Both the position numbers and the translations under genes were made by a program. From contig CACKZK010000003.1 of the NCBI GenBank assembly GCA_902604535.1, positions 11,227 to 75,226 of the forward strand: a DNA stretch of 64,000 nt. The letters run 5' to 3'. Source of the stretch: an uncultured SAR86 cluster bacterium. Its GTDB lineage: Bacteria; Pseudomonadota; Gammaproteobacteria; Magnimaribacterales; AG-339-G14. Shown piece after piece: positions 35,795 to 47,450 of this stretch. A model generated the notes under the pieces. That model was not told the origin of the DNA and searched no databases. It saw nothing but the letters and a program-made list of their open reading frames with translations. Each line of letters starts with the position of its first letter. The first letter of the stretch is position 1.

Positions 35795-37097
35795 TTTTTA
35801 AATTAAATCCCAATATTTTTGCTTGATCGACAAATTCAGGAAAAGAAGTATTGATGCAATCTATATTCTTCACTATCACTCCTTTTGGAGACCTCAGGCC
35901 TGCAACTAACATTGTCATCGCGATTCTATGATCCCCATGCGAATCAAATACTCCATCAGGAAAAATTCTATCGTTTTTACCAACTATTTTTAGACTATCC
36001 TCATTGAAATGAACTTCAACATCTAGTTCTTTAAGGTTATTGATCATGATTGAAAGTCTGTCGCTCTCTTTGTGCTTCAATTCTGATAAACCGAAAAATT
36101 CTGACTCTCCTTCTATTAAGCTAGCAATCAAGAAAAATAAGGGGAGCTCATCAATTAAATTAGGAACGATATCTTCCATAATTTTTGTGGGTAATAAGTC
36201 CGATGACTTTATTAATAAATCAGCCACTTCTTCGTTTCCAAATTGTCTGATATTTATAACGTCTATGTTTGCTCTCATATCTAAAAGACAGTCAAGAAAA
36301 GCTTTTCTAGTCTCATTTATTCCAACATTTTTGATTTTTATTTCTGAATTACCTGAAATAAGACAAGCACTAATAAAAAAGGCAGCAGATGAAAAATCTC
36401 CAGGAACTTCAATCTGTCCTGGAGTTTTTAAATCACTTTTTTCAATTTCAATAATCCCGTTAGAAGATGAAATATTAGCTTCAAAAGTTTTCATCATCCT
36501 TTCTGTATGATCTCTGGTTGCATATTTTTCTTGTATCAGAGTTTTACCTTCCGCATTTAATCCTGCCAATAAAATTGAGGATTTTACTTGTGCGCTTGCA
36601 ATTGGCATTTTATAAGTAATACCTTTTAAACCAGAAGAAGGACTAATCTTAAGAGGAGGATTTTCTTTATAAGAGGCAGAAATTTTTGCTCCCATTTTCT
36701 TTAAAGGGTCAATAATTCTCATCATTGGCCTATTTGAAAGAGATGCATCTCCTGTCAATTTGGATGAAAAGTTTAATGAACTTAAGAAGCCTGCAAAAAG
36801 TCTAATACCTGTTCCGGAGTTACCAAAATAAAGATCGTTTGTTGGAGCAGACAATCCTTCTATACCAGGAGAATCAAGAAAAATAATAGAGCTCTTAACT
36901 TTGGTTTCAATTCCTAGCAACCTAGCAACGTTGAGCGAATTAAGAACATCTTCGCTGTTTTGCGAGCCATGAATTTGAGTTTTTCCTTTACTTAAAAGTC
37001 CAAATAAGATTGCTCTGTGTGAGATAGATTTATCTCCCGGAATAACAATCTCTCCCGAAAGGTTATTTTTCTTTGATGACTTTAATGATGCAGTCAT
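35787..37097 (-). CDS. aroA: 3-phosphoshikimate 1-carboxyvinyltransferase (EPSP synthase)
   Basis: LSGEIVIPGDKSISHRAILFGLLSKG, GNSGTGIRLFAG, HKESDRL, DHRIAM. Confidence 0.95.
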   Translation of the reverse strand: MTASLKSSKKNNLSGEIVIPGDKSISHRAILFGLLSKGKTQIHGSQNSEDVLNSLNVARLLGIETKVKSSIIFLDSPGIEGLSAPTNDLYFGNSGTGIRLFAGFLSSLNFSSKLTGDASLSNRPMMRIIDPLKKMGAKISASYKENPPLKISPSSGLKGITYKMPIASAQVKSSILLAGLNAEGKTLIQEKYATRDHTERMMKTFEANISSSNGIIEIEKSDLKTPGQIEVPGDFSSAAFFISACLISGNSEIKIKNVGINETRKAFLDCLLDMRANIDVINIRQFGNEEVADLLIKSSDLLPTKIMEDIVPNLIDELPLFFLIASLIEGESEFFGLSELKHKESDRLSIMINNLKELDVEVHFNEDSLKIVGKNDRIFPDGVFDSHGDHRIAMTMLVAGLRSPKGVIVKNIDCINTSFPEFVDQAKILGFNLKNG

Positions 37098-37928
37098 TCA
37101 ATCAATTATTTTTTTTCTTGCCTTGTTGGATTCAGCAATTAATGTTTTAGTTTTAGATCGACCTTTTAAGATATTTTTTTCCATTACCTCTAATTCTTTC
37201 TTGAAACCTTTTATTGAATTTAAAATTTCCTTTTTATTCAGATCAAAAATATCACTCCACATTTCTGGGTCACTTGAAGAAATTCTAGTGAAGTCTTTTA
37301 GTCCACCTCCCATAAGAACTTTATTCTTTATATTTGAGGATTTTTTGATATATCTCATTAAGCTAAAACTAATGACATGAGGTAAGTGACTTGTAGCTGC
37401 TAATATTTTATCGTGAGAATTTAAATCCATTTTTATGCAATTAGAGCCTAAAGATTCCCATAATTTTTGGGCCTTTGTAATTGAATTTTTTGACGTCTTT
37501 TTCAACGGAGAAAGAATACAAATTTTGTTTTCAAAAAGTTTTATGTCAGATGCATCTATCCCGCTTCCTTCGTTACCCGCAATTGGATGTGAAAGAATAG
37601 CATTTTCAATTTTGTTGATAAAAGCATTCTTTTTTATTTTATTTTTAGAGCTGGATGTCTCAGTAAATAGAACAGCATTTTTAATGAGATCTTTATTTTC
37701 GTTGACTAATTTATCGGTAACTATTGGGGGAGTTGAGAAAATAACTGAATAAGGTTTTGACAGATCTAAATCTGAGAATTTTCCTTTAATAATTTTATTT
37801 TTTATTGCATGTGTGATTGTTTTTTTACTTGAATCCTCTGCATAGACTCTAATTCCCTGTTTGCAAAGAGATTTGGCTATAGATCCTCCAATATGACCTA
37901 AGCCGAATATTAGTATTTGTCCTTTCAA
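37098..37928 (-). CDS. tyrA: prephenate dehydrogenase
   Basis: ILIFGLGHIGGSIAKSL Rossmann, HPIAG, ATSHLPHVISFSL. Directly abuts aroA (0-nt spacer). Confidence 0.88.
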   Translation of the reverse strand: MKGQILIFGLGHIGGSIAKSLCKQGIRVYAEDSSKKTITHAIKNKIIKGKFSDLDLSKPYSVIFSTPPIVTDKLVNENKDLIKNAVLFTETSSSKNKIKKNAFINKIENAILSHPIAGNEGSGIDASDIKLFENKICILSPLKKTSKNSITKAQKLWESLGSNCIKMDLNSHDKILAATSHLPHVISFSLMRYIKKSSNIKNKVLMGGGLKDFTRISSSDPEMWSDIFDLNKKEILNSIKGFKKELEVMEKNILKGRSKTKTLIAESNKARKKIID

Positions 37929-39034
37929 TTGATTGAACCTTTAATCTTTTTTGTAGCTTCAATAAAAGCATCGTTTTCAAATTCCTGACCAATGCTTACT
38001 CTTACATATCTATCCATATTGTAAGATTTGAGAGATCTCAAAATGATTCCTTCATTTAAAAAAGCTTCAAAGGTTTCATCAGAATCTGTACCTAAACTAA
38101 AAGAAAAGAAATTACCCTGAGTGGGCAGATATTCAATATTTTCATTATTAAAGAACTGCATTAATTTATTTTTTTCTTTTTGATTTAAATCGATAGATTT
38201 TCTTAAATGCTCCTTATCATTTAAAGATGCAATACCCGCCTCAAGAGCAAAAGAGCTCACATTGAATGGCTGTCTGACACGATTTAAATAATCTGCAATT
38301 TTTTGAGAAGAGATGCTGTAGCCAAGTCTATAAGCCGCAAGACCGTGCGCCTTTGAAAAACTCCTAGAAATTATCAAATTTTGATACTTATCGATCAAAT
38401 CAAAAGGTAGTTTGTAATATTCATCTTCAATATACTCAAAATAAGCCTGATCAAGAAAGACAATTAAATCATTCGGTAAATCATTCAGCATTGCTTCAAT
38501 TTCTGAAAATGTATTCGCTGATCCTGTGGGATTATTTGGCGATGCTATAAAAAGTACTTTAGATTTTTCATCAATAAAATTGATGACCGAAGTTAAGTCT
38601 TGATGATAATTTTCAGTTACAGGCAATTCTCTTAAATCTGCTCCTGTAGCTAGGATTGCAAGAGGATATATTGCAAATCCATGTTTGAAATATAGTGCAT
38701 TATCTCCATTCGTTAAAAAAGCTCTAGCTGAAAACTCAATCAAATCATTGGATCCGTTTCCTAATGTAATGCAATCTAGTGGAACTTTTTCTAACTTTGA
38801 GATTTCTTGTTTTAGTTTTGTTCCATTTCCATCAGGATATCTATGCGCCTCTTCAACAATATGACTAATTGCTTTGGTAGCTAACTTACTAGGACCTATA
38901 GGATTTTCGTTGCTTGCAAGCTTTATCAGCTTTTCTTTGCTTATGTTAAGGCTATCGGATGATTTACCAGGCTGATAAGGAGTTATCTTATTTACGCCAA
39001 GATTTACTCTATCTTCGGGAAAAGTCTTTTTCAT
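37925..39034 (-). CDS. hisC: histidinol-phosphate / aromatic aminotransferase
   Basis: ITPYQPGK, KLASNENPIGPS, SRSFSKAHGLAAYRLGY (PLP lysine). Confidence 0.9.
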   Translation of the reverse strand: MKKTFPEDRVNLGVNKITPYQPGKSSDSLNISKEKLIKLASNENPIGPSKLATKAISHIVEEAHRYPDGNGTKLKQEISKLEKVPLDCITLGNGSNDLIEFSARAFLTNGDNALYFKHGFAIYPLAILATGADLRELPVTENYHQDLTSVINFIDEKSKVLFIASPNNPTGSANTFSEIEAMLNDLPNDLIVFLDQAYFEYIEDEYYKLPFDLIDKYQNLIISRSFSKAHGLAAYRLGYSISSQKIADYLNRVRQPFNVSSFALEAGIASLNDKEHLRKSIDLNQKEKNKLMQFFNNENIEYLPTQGNFFSFSLGTDSDETFEAFLNEGIILRSLKSYNMDRYVRVSIGQEFENDAFIEATKKIKGSIN

Positions 39035-40125
39035 TAAATTCCTTTGGGGTAGGATCCCAAAACTTTTAAATTTAGTGAAAGTCTTGATATTTTTTTTAGG
39101 GCAATGTCTACATTCTTATCAGTCTTGTGGCCATCTAATTCTATAAAAAACATATACTCCCAGTTGTTTTTTTTGGTTGGCCTCGATTGAATGTTTGTAA
39201 GATTGATTTTTTGTTGTTTAAACTTTTCTAAGATATCTGAAAGTGCTCCAAACTTATTTTTTGTTATTATGCTAACACTAGTTTTATCCTCTTTTGTAGC
39301 TGAGACATCATGATTTCCGACAATGATAAATCTTGTTTTATTATTTTTATAATCTTGAATATTTCGCTTTAAAACTTTCATATCGTACTTTTTTGAAGCC
39401 TCAATAGAAGCTATAGAAGCGGAATAATTTGTTCTTTTTGACTGCAACACTCCTTGAGAATTACTTGTCACATCTTTTTTTATAACTTTGGGTAAATTTT
39501 TACTCAACCAAGATTGGGACTGTGCAAAAGCCTGACTGTGCGCGAAGATAGTTTTAATACTTGAAAGAGCAATATTTTTCTTTGATAAAAGGCTTAAATT
39601 AATTGGAATGCTTATCTCGCTGCAAATCTTAAGATTACTTTCAATTATTTCATCTAAAGTAGAGTTAACAAGGCCTTCAGTTGAATTTTCAATTGGCAAA
39701 ACTCCGTAATATTCTGAATTGTCTTCAACTGAATCTATAATTTCTCGGATAGATCTGCAGGAAACAAAATTTGTAGAGGATCCGAAATGTTTTTTTGCAG
39801 CTTTTTCTGAAAATGAACCTTCAGGTCCCAAGTATGCAACCTTAATTTCAAATGCTGTTGAAAAACAGGCCGATATAATATCCTGAAAAATTACTCGAAT
39901 TTTATTATCCTCTAGTGCAGAGTTATTCAAAGATTGTAAACGCTTTATAATTTCTTTCTCTCTATCTGGACGATAAAAAGGGCCTTTCGATGTATTTTTT
40001 TTTAAATTCTCAGCATCAATAACTAAAGAGACTCTTTCTTCAAGTAAAGAGAGCATCTGGTCATCAATTAAATCAATTTTCTTACGAATTAAACCTAATG
40101 ATTTTTCTAATTTTGAGTTAGCCAT
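39034..40125 (-). CDS. pheA: bifunctional chorismate mutase / prephenate dehydratase (P-protein)
   Basis: CM domain LIRKKIDLIDDQMLSLLEERVSL, PDT domain VAYLGPEGSFSEKAAKKHFG, C-terminal ACT domain. The start is taken at MANSKLEK (40125) rather than the track start at 40143. Confidence 0.92.
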   Translation of the reverse strand: MANSKLEKSLGLIRKKIDLIDDQMLSLLEERVSLVIDAENLKKNTSKGPFYRPDREKEIIKRLQSLNNSALEDNKIRVIFQDIISACFSTAFEIKVAYLGPEGSFSEKAAKKHFGSSTNFVSCRSIREIIDSVEDNSEYYGVLPIENSTEGLVNSTLDEIIESNLKICSEISIPINLSLLSKKNIALSSIKTIFAHSQAFAQSQSWLSKNLPKVIKKDVTSNSQGVLQSKRTNYSASIASIEASKKYDMKVLKRNIQDYKNNKTRFIIVGNHDVSATKEDKTSVSIITKNKFGALSDILEKFKQQKINLTNIQSRPTKKNNWEYMFFIELDGHKTDKNVDIALKKISRLSLNLKVLGSYPKGI

Positions 40126-41197
40126 ACTTATTTGCAAATACATCCATAAAAGAAACTAGAGCATCTATAGCTTCTTCTGGCACAGCATTGTATATGCTAG
40201 CTCTCATCCCTCCAACTGATCTATGACCAGCAAGATTAAGTAAACCCTCTTTTTCGCTTTCTTTGAGAAATGAATCATTTAAGGAATCATCGTTCAATAA
40301 GAATGGAACATTCATGATAGACCTACTTTCGATAGATACATCGTTGTAGTAAAAATCACTGTTATCTATGTAATCATATAGTTTTTTTGCTTTTCTCAGA
40401 TTAATTTCTTCAATTGATTTAAGGCCACCATTCCTTTTAAGCCAAGAAAAAACTTTTCCTGAAAGATACCAAGCAAATGTAGGAGGCGTGTTGTACATTG
40501 ATTCTGAATCTGCATATGTCTGATAACTCATTAAAGCGGGAAGATCATCTCTTTTTTGAATTAAGTCTTTTCGAATAATTACAATTGCTAACCCAGCTGG
40601 GCCAATATTTTTTTGAGCACCTGCATAAATGAGCCCAAACTTTTTTACATCTAGAGGCTCAGAGAGTATGTTGGAAGAACAGTCCGAAACTACTACTTTT
40701 TCTGGTAAATCATCCAACGACCTGCATGCAACTCCTTCAATTGTCTCATTCATCACCATATGTATGTAGGAGGAATCTTCTGAAATATTCCAGTCATTTA
40801 TTGAAGGATATTTTTTGAATGAAATATCTTTTGAAGATGCGGCTATATTAACGTCATGAAATTTCTTAGCTTCAGCTATAGCTTTTTTAGACCATGATCC
40901 GACCTCTAAATAATCTAGCTTTTGGCTCTTATTTCCGAGATTCATTGGAATCATTGAAAATTGTAAACTAGCACCCCCTTGAATAAATAAAACATCGTAC
41001 TCATCGGGTATGGATAATAAATCAATGAAATCCTGTTTTGCTTGCTCCGCTATGGATACAAACTCTTTGCTTCTATGGCTCATTTCCATAACCGCTAAAC
41101 CATGATTTTTATAATCTAAAGTTTCTTCTTGTAACTCCTTCAAGACTTCCTCAGGAAACGCAGCTGGACCTGCACAAAAATTAAATGCCCTAGTCAT
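40118..41197 (-). CDS. serC: phosphoserine aminotransferase
   Basis: [49 protein letters not shown]. The start is taken at MTRAFNF (41197). Confidence 0.95.
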   Translation of the reverse strand: MTRAFNFCAGPAAFPEEVLKELQEETLDYKNHGLAVMEMSHRSKEFVSIAEQAKQDFIDLLSIPDEYDVLFIQGGASLQFSMIPMNLGNKSQKLDYLEVGSWSKKAIAEAKKFHDVNIAASSKDISFKKYPSINDWNISEDSSYIHMVMNETIEGVACRSLDDLPEKVVVSDCSSNILSEPLDVKKFGLIYAGAQKNIGPAGLAIVIIRKDLIQKRDDLPALMSYQTYADSESMYNTPPTFAWYLSGKVFSWLKRNGGLKSIEEINLRKAKKLYDYIDNSDFYYNDVSIESRSIMNVPFLLNDDSLNDSFLKESEKEGLLNLAGHRSVGGMRASIYNAVPEEAIDALVSFMDVFANKYG

Positions 41198-43718
41198 CTG
41201 TATCTTCAATTATAGAAGCCAGCCCCACAAGCTTTTCTGAGACTTTAAGTTTTATGACAGTTACTCCTTGAGTATTTCTTCCAATAACATTAATTTGATC
41301 AACTTTAGTTCTTACCAAGGTACCTTTGTTACTTATTAACATTATTTCTTGATCTTCGATGACCTGGTTTGCGCCAATAAGTAATCCATTCCTATCGGAG
41401 GTTTGCATTGCGATAACACCTTTGGCTCCTCTCCTAGTTTTTCTGAAGTCATCGACGTTTGTTCTTTTCCCATAACCGTTTTCAGAAACAGTGAAGATTG
41501 TATTTTCTTTCTCGGGAACAAGAAGAGATATGACCTGATCATCTTTCCCCAAATTGATTCCTTTAACTCCCCTAGCAGCCCTTCCCATTGATCTAGCTTC
41601 CTTTTCATCAAAAAAAACTGCTTTACCAGATTGAGAAACTAGCATAATGAATTTTTCTCCATCGGTTAAAGTTGAGCCTACTAATTCATCATCAGGATCG
41701 AGTTTTATAGCTTTTTTTCCAACTTTCCATTGTCTTTTAAATTCATCTAAAGAAGTTTTCTTTACCACGCCTTTTTTCGTTGCCATAAAAACAAATCCTG
41801 GCTCTTCAAATGATTCAACATTCAATAAACTCGTTATCCTTTCTCCTTCATCTAAATTTATTAAGTTTATTAGCGGCCTACCTTTGGCAACTCTTGATGC
41901 TGCTGGGATTTGATAAACCTTAAGCCAATATACTTTGCCTAAATTAGAAAAACATAAAAGCGTTGAATGAGTATTTGCAACTATAAGCTGCTCTACAAAA
42001 TCCTCATCTTTTACTGATGCAGCAGTTTTACCTACACCGCCTCTTCGTTGAGATCTGTAAACTTCAAGAGACTGAGTTTTTGCATAACCTAGGTGGGAGA
42101 TAGTCACAACCATATCTTCCTGCTTAATTAAATCCTCATCAGTCAGATCCAACTTATCCTCGATAGGAGTCTTTCTAGCATCTCCATATTCTTCTTTAAT
42201 CTCATTTAGTTCTTCTTTGATAACGCTTATGAGCTTATTTTTATCCGAAAGAATTTCTTGTAATTTTTTTATCTGATCTAATATTTCAGCATACTCTTCT
42301 TTTAATGATTCTTGTTCAAGTCCAGTAAGTCTCTGAAGTCTGAGATCCAATATTGCCTGTGCCTGATGCTCTGATAATTGGTATTTATTTCCGGACAATC
42401 CAAAATCATTTTTTTTACTTCCAGATACATCAGAGCCAGATGCTTTGAGAAGCTTGACCACATTAGAGGCTTTCCATGATTTTGATAACAATTTTTTCTT
42501 TGCTTCTTGTCCATCCTTTGATTTTTTAATCAGATCTATAACAGGATCTATATTTTCTAAAGCTACGGTAAGTCCCTCGAGAAGATGAGATCTATTTTTT
42601 GCTTTTTCTAGATCAAATTTGGTTCTTCTCGTTACTACCTCTTTCCTATGATCAATAAATACTTCAAGAATTTGTTTTAAATTTAAAAGTTTTGGGACGT
42701 TGTTTATTAATGCTACGTTATTGATCCCGTAAACATTTTCCAAAGGAGTCAATGCATATAAGTTATTAAGAATAACTTCTGGAGATTGACCAGATCTAAT
42801 TTCAATTACTATTCTGACGCCATCTTTATTAGACTCGTCTCTTATTTCAGAAATTCCCTCAATTCTTTTTTCTTTGGAAAGTTCAGCAATTTTTTCTACC
42901 AACCTTGATTTATCTACTTGATATGGAATTTCAGAAACTATGATTTTGTTACGGTCTTTTTTGTCTGTTTCTATGTCCGCTTTTGCTCTGAGATAGACTC
43001 TGCCCTTTCCATTTTTTGCTGCTTCTATCAGGCCAGCTCTTCCGTTAATGAACCCGCCGGTTGGAAAATCTGGACCAGGAATAATCTCTAAAAGGGAATC
43101 AATATCAGCATCCGGATTATCAATAAGCAACAAGCATGCTTCTATAGACTCAGTTAAATTATGAGGAAGCATGTTTGTAGCCATGCCTACTGCAATTCCA
43201 GAAGAGCCGTTTACAAGAAGATTTGGGATTTTTGTTGGAAGAACTTCGGGCATTAACTCAGTGCCGTCATAATTTTCCACAAAATTAACTGTATCTTTAT
43301 TTAAATCTGCAAGTAGTTCATGAGCAATTTTTGAAAGTCTGACTTCGGTATATCTCATTGCTGCTGGAGGATCTCCATCCATAGATCCAAAATTTCCTTG
43401 ACCATCAACTAAGGTATAACGAAGAGCAAAGTCTTGCGCCATTCTAACAAGCGTGTGATAAACGGCAGCGTCTCCGTGAGGATGATATTTACCTATGACG
43501 TTACCAACTATTCTTGCTGATTTTTTATAAGCTCTATTCCAATCATTGCCTTCTACATTCATAGCAAATAATGTTCTTCTATGAACTGGCTTAAGCCCAT
43601 CTCTGGCATCAGGCAAAGCTCTTCCTACAATTACGCTCATTGCATAATCCATATAGGAAGATTTGAGCTCTTCCTCAATACTTATAGTGGAATCTTTATC
43701 GTCAAAAATGTCTGTCAT
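41190..43718 (-). CDS. gyrA: DNA gyrase subunit A
   Basis: [36 protein letters not shown] (QRDR), and a C-terminal beta-pinwheel. 842 aa. Confidence 0.98.
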   Translation of the reverse strand: MTDIFDDKDSTISIEEELKSSYMDYAMSVIVGRALPDARDGLKPVHRRTLFAMNVEGNDWNRAYKKSARIVGNVIGKYHPHGDAAVYHTLVRMAQDFALRYTLVDGQGNFGSMDGDPPAAMRYTEVRLSKIAHELLADLNKDTVNFVENYDGTELMPEVLPTKIPNLLVNGSSGIAVGMATNMLPHNLTESIEACLLLIDNPDADIDSLLEIIPGPDFPTGGFINGRAGLIEAAKNGKGRVYLRAKADIETDKKDRNKIIVSEIPYQVDKSRLVEKIAELSKEKRIEGISEIRDESNKDGVRIVIEIRSGQSPEVILNNLYALTPLENVYGINNVALINNVPKLLNLKQILEVFIDHRKEVVTRRTKFDLEKAKNRSHLLEGLTVALENIDPVIDLIKKSKDGQEAKKKLLSKSWKASNVVKLLKASGSDVSGSKKNDFGLSGNKYQLSEHQAQAILDLRLQRLTGLEQESLKEEYAEILDQIKKLQEILSDKNKLISVIKEELNEIKEEYGDARKTPIEDKLDLTDEDLIKQEDMVVTISHLGYAKTQSLEVYRSQRRGGVGKTAASVKDEDFVEQLIVANTHSTLLCFSNLGKVYWLKVYQIPAASRVAKGRPLINLINLDEGERITSLLNVESFEEPGFVFMATKKGVVKKTSLDEFKRQWKVGKKAIKLDPDDELVGSTLTDGEKFIMLVSQSGKAVFFDEKEARSMGRAARGVKGINLGKDDQVISLLVPEKENTIFTVSENGYGKRTNVDDFRKTRRGAKGVIAMQTSDRNGLLIGANQVIEDQEIMLISNKGTLVRTKVDQINVIGRNTQGVTVIKLKVSEKLVGLASIIEDTDD

Positions 43719-43774
43719 TCAATGAAATGATACTGAGAAAAATCGATAGAAAATAAGCTCAAAATACTAGACAA

Positions 43775-43783
43775 ATTATAGCA
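43775..43783 (-). promoter_or_regulatory. candidate extended -10 promoter element (TGcTATAAT on minus strand) for gyrA
   Basis: The plus-strand ATTATAGCA equals TGCTATAAT on the minus strand, ~57 nt upstream of the gyrA ATG, in the only 92-nt gap between pntB and gyrA. No good -35. Confidence 0.3.
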
Positions 43784-43810
43784 TTTCTAACTTATTCTTA
43801 GGAGTTTATT

Positions 43811-45241
43811 TTATGACTTAAACTCAGAAACTAAGCCACTTACAGACTCTTTTGCATCACCAAAAAGCATGCGAGTATTTTGTTTAAAAAATAAACTATT
43901 TTGTATTCCTGCGAAACCAGAAGCCATGGATCTTTTTAAGACAAAGACTGTTTTAGCTCTATCAACCTCTATGACGGGCATTCCATATATAGGACTTGAT
44001 TCGTCCTCTCTAGCATCAGGATTCACAACATCATTAGCACCAATGACAATGCATACATCTATGGTATCCATAATAGGATTTACATCTTGAGGCTCAACAA
44101 GAACATCGTATGAAACATTTGCTTCTGCTAAAAGAACATTCATATGTCCTGGCATCCTGCCAGCAACTGGATGAATTGCATATTTAACCTCGCAACCATT
44201 ATCTTGAAGCAACTCCCCTAACTCCCTTACAGAGTGTTGTGCTTGAGAAACAGCCATCCCATAACCAGGAACGATAAGAACTGTTGAAGCAGCCTCTAAT
44301 ATGAGATAAGAATCTGCAATGTTGATAGGCTTTACATCACCTTGAACCTTTCCTTCACCCGAAGACGAGGAGGAATCATTCGCACCAAAACCTCCAAAAA
44401 GAACGTTAAGCAATGATCTGTTCATTGCCTTGCACATTATATTTGTAAGGATCAATCCGCTCGCCCCTACTAATGAACCAGCGACAATCAATACATTGTT
44501 CCCAATTACAAATCCTGCTGCACATGCAGCAAGACCAGAGTAACTGTTAAGAAGAGCAATGATTACCGGCATATCAGCACCACCGATAGGTATGGCTAAT
44601 AAAATTCCTAGTAAAAGAGATAATGATATTAGAAGAATTAATGCATATTGCTCGTTAATCCAATCAAAGCCAAAAAGAATTTCAGCAAAGAAAATACCTG
44701 AACAAAACTGAAAAAGTAATAGAAGAAGTAGTAAAATTACTAATCCAGTGAGGATTTTTTGACCGATAAATAAATAAGGTTTACTGGGCATAATTTCTGA
44801 AAGTTTACCAAATGCAATTAAGCTTCCTGAGAAAGTTACCCCACCAATGATAGTTGCGATTCCTATTGCAATCATTGCCACTAGATTAGAAGTTGTTAAA
44901 GCAAATAATTCTGCAGAGGCAACCAGAAGGCTTGATGCTCCTCCGAAGCCATTCAATAAAGCAACTAATTCAGGCATTGATGTCATTTTTATTCTTAATG
45001 CAGCAATTGCTCCAACTGCTCCGCCTCCAATAAGACCTATCAAGATAAATTGAAATGAAACTATTTCTTTGCTTAATAAAGTTACAACAACAGCAAGAAG
45101 CATTCCTAGAGAAGATACAAAATTTCCTCTTTGAGCTGTATCGGGTGAGCTCAACATTTTCAAACCAAATATAAATAAAACCGAAGCTAAGATATAACTT
45201 AGGTTGATAAAAGTATTGTTCTGTAAGGCTTCTAAAATCAT
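43811..45241 (-). CDS. pntB: NAD(P) transhydrogenase subunit beta
   Basis: 476 aa. Polytopic N-terminal half plus a C-terminal dIII domain (PGYGMAVSQAQH, AIHPVAGRMPGHMNVLLAEA). Confidence 0.95.
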   Translation of the reverse strand: MILEALQNNTFINLSYILASVLFIFGLKMLSSPDTAQRGNFVSSLGMLLAVVVTLLSKEIVSFQFILIGLIGGGAVGAIAALRIKMTSMPELVALLNGFGGASSLLVASAELFALTTSNLVAMIAIGIATIIGGVTFSGSLIAFGKLSEIMPSKPYLFIGQKILTGLVILLLLLLLFQFCSGIFFAEILFGFDWINEQYALILLISLSLLLGILLAIPIGGADMPVIIALLNSYSGLAACAAGFVIGNNVLIVAGSLVGASGLILTNIMCKAMNRSLLNVLFGGFGANDSSSSSGEGKVQGDVKPINIADSYLILEAASTVLIVPGYGMAVSQAQHSVRELGELLQDNGCEVKYAIHPVAGRMPGHMNVLLAEANVSYDVLVEPQDVNPIMDTIDVCIVIGANDVVNPDAREDESSPIYGMPVIEVDRAKTVFVLKRSMASGFAGIQNSLFFKQNTRMLFGDAKESVSGLVSEFKS

Positions 45242-45513
45242 TTTTTCTTAAACATTCTAAGCATTCTATTTGTGACTAAATATCCGCCAACAACATTAAG
45301 ACTTGCCAAGAAAACAGCTACTGTTCCTAAGGCAATAGTAATACTTGAAGAGTCGCCCCCCGAAGATAAAATTGCTCCAACAAGGGTTATTCCAGAAATC
45401 GCATTAGCACCTGACATCAAAGGAGTGTGAAGAGTAGATGGAACCTTATTTATAAGCTCAAAACCTAAAAATATTGAAAGGACAAGGACAAACAGTAGCA
45501 GCATCATTTCCAT
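45238..45513 (-). CDS. pntA: NAD(P) transhydrogenase subunit alpha, part 2 (membrane domain)
   Basis: 91 aa, three TM helices, TLHTPLMSGANAISGITLVGA; between the alpha-1 and beta genes. Confidence 0.9.
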   Translation of the reverse strand: MEMMLLLFVLVLSIFLGFELINKVPSTLHTPLMSGANAISGITLVGAILSSGGDSSSITIALGTVAVFLASLNVVGGYLVTNRMLRMFKKK

Positions 45514-45517
45514 TAAA

Positions 45518-46636
45518 TTAACTCCTTAGAATTTCTGATATGTAATTACCATCTTTTGTAACTATGCAGCTTTTTAAAATTTCATCTGATTCATCTAATT
45601 CGAGTTTTTTAGAATCTTTATCCCAAAACTCTTCAATTAAATTATAAATATTGCTTGCATATACTTGAGTGGAATGTTCCGGAACATACCCTGGAAGATT
45701 TTCATGCCCTATTATTTTCACCCCATTTTTTAAGACAGTCTCACCCAATACAGAACCTTCTACATTTCCACCTGTAGTGACAGCCATATCAACAATGACA
45801 CTTCCCGGCTGCATGCTGGAAATCATATCTTCAGATAAAATTCTAGGAGCTGGCTTACCAAAAACTTGTGCCGTAGTTATTACAATATCTGAATATCCAC
45901 AAACCTTTTTCATTCCTTCTCTTTGCAACTCTAATTGTTTCTCTGTTAATTCTTTTGCATAGCCTTGATCAGTTTCTTCAGTTTCACCGATATCTATTTT
46001 TATAAATCTTGCACCTAAAGACTTCACTTGTTCTTCAACTGCTGGTCTAGTATCGAATGCTTCAACGCGAGCTCCAAGTCTTTTTGCTGTTGCCATAGCT
46101 TGAAGTCCTGCAACTCCGACACCAATTACAAAAACTCTTGCTGGAGAAATTGTTCCTGCAGCTGTCATCATCATTGGCATTGCTTTATTCATTTCAGATG
46201 AGGCTAACATTACTGCTGAATACCCTGCTAAATTTGCTTGAGATGATAATGCATCCATTTTTTGAGCTCTTGTAATTCTTGGAATTAATTCCATGCTAAT
46301 AGAAGTAATCTTTTTTTGTTTTAGCTTCTCTAAAAATTCTTTTTCATTAAATACATCAAGGAAACTTATAGTTAGTGTCTTTTCAGAAACTGAATCCAAG
46401 TCTGGTAAAGGCAAATGATTTACTGAGGAAATAATTTCTGAATTAGACAAACCCTCTGATCTAGATTTATTTTTACATCCTATATCTTCTAAATCTTGAT
46501 CTGCGATGTCTATCTTTTGAGTGACTCCTGATTCAAACGAAACTTCTATTCCGAGATCGATCAACCTCTGGGCAGAAGCAAGATCCAGAGCAGATCTTGT
46601 TTCTTTTTCAGATTCCTTTGGAAAGAATATTTTCAT
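45518..46636 (-). CDS. pntA: NAD(P) transhydrogenase subunit alpha, part 1 (dI domain)
   Basis: Alanine dehydrogenase/PNT fold: VFVIGVGVAGLQAMATAKRLGARVEAFDTRP. Confidence 0.93.
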   Translation of the reverse strand: MKIFFPKESEKETRSALDLASAQRLIDLGIEVSFESGVTQKIDIADQDLEDIGCKNKSRSEGLSNSEIISSVNHLPLPDLDSVSEKTLTISFLDVFNEKEFLEKLKQKKITSISMELIPRITRAQKMDALSSQANLAGYSAVMLASSEMNKAMPMMMTAAGTISPARVFVIGVGVAGLQAMATAKRLGARVEAFDTRPAVEEQVKSLGARFIKIDIGETEETDQGYAKELTEKQLELQREGMKKVCGYSDIVITTAQVFGKPAPRILSEDMISSMQPGSVIVDMAVTTGGNVEGSVLGETVLKNGVKIIGHENLPGYVPEHSTQVYASNIYNLIEEFWDKDSKKLELDESDEILKSCIVTKDGNYISEILRS

Positions 46637-46757
46637 TTCAAGTTTTAAGCAAAAAATTAAGAATTAATTTTAAACAAAGTATTAAGCTTAATATAAATGA
46701 AGCTTTAACTTTTTTTTACAATGTAATTCAATATACTGATCTCAGATTGTCAGAAAT

Positions 46758-47450
46758 ATGAATATCGATCAAGCAGAAAAAGATAAGTTTAATAAAATAG
46801 CAGAAGAGTGGTGGGATCCTTCTGGAAAATTTGCACCTCTTCACAAAATTAATCCTTTACGTTCGAATTATATTAATGACAAAAAAACCGTAAATAATTT
46901 AGAGGTTCTTGATGTTGCTTGTGGTGGTGGATTATTAGCAGAAGCTTTGTACGATTTTGGAGCTCAAGTCACAGGAGTAGATATATCAGAAGTTGCAATA
47001 GAAACAGCGAAACTTCATGCTTCAAAAAACAACAAGGACATAAGCTACATTCTTGGGGAAGCTGAAAGCTTGCTTCTTGATAAAAAAGCTTTTGATGTCG
47101 TTTCTTGTCTTGAAGCTATAGAACATGTTCCCGATCCTGAATTGCTCGTGAAGACTTGCTCAGATTTATGTAAACCGGGAGGTGAAGTGTTTTTTTCAAC
47201 TATCAATAGAAATCCAAAATCCTTTCTGTTTGCAATTATTGGTGCTGAGTACATTCTTAACTTATTACCCAAAGGCACCCATGATTTTAATAAGTTCATA
47301 AAACCATCAGAACTTCATGGCTTTATGACAAATTCAGGGTTAGAAGTTAAAGAAATCATTGGAATGAGCTATAACCCACTATCAGGCAACTATTGGTTAG
47401 GTGATGATGTTACAGTTAACTATTTAGTTCATGCTCATAAACCACAGTGA
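46758..47450 (+). CDS. ubiG: bifunctional 3-demethylubiquinol 3-O-methyltransferase / 2-polyprenyl-6-hydroxyphenol methylase
   Basis: WWDPSGKFAPLHKINPLRSNYI, VLDVACGGGLLAEAL, LEAIEHVPDP. Confidence 0.93.
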   Translation: MNIDQAEKDKFNKIAEEWWDPSGKFAPLHKINPLRSNYINDKKTVNNLEVLDVACGGGLLAEALYDFGAQVTGVDISEVAIETAKLHASKNNKDISYILGEAESLLLDKKAFDVVSCLEAIEHVPDPELLVKTCSDLCKPGGEVFFSTINRNPKSFLFAIIGAEYILNLLPKGTHDFNKFIKPSELHGFMTNSGLEVKEIIGMSYNPLSGNYWLGDDVTVNYLVHAHKPQ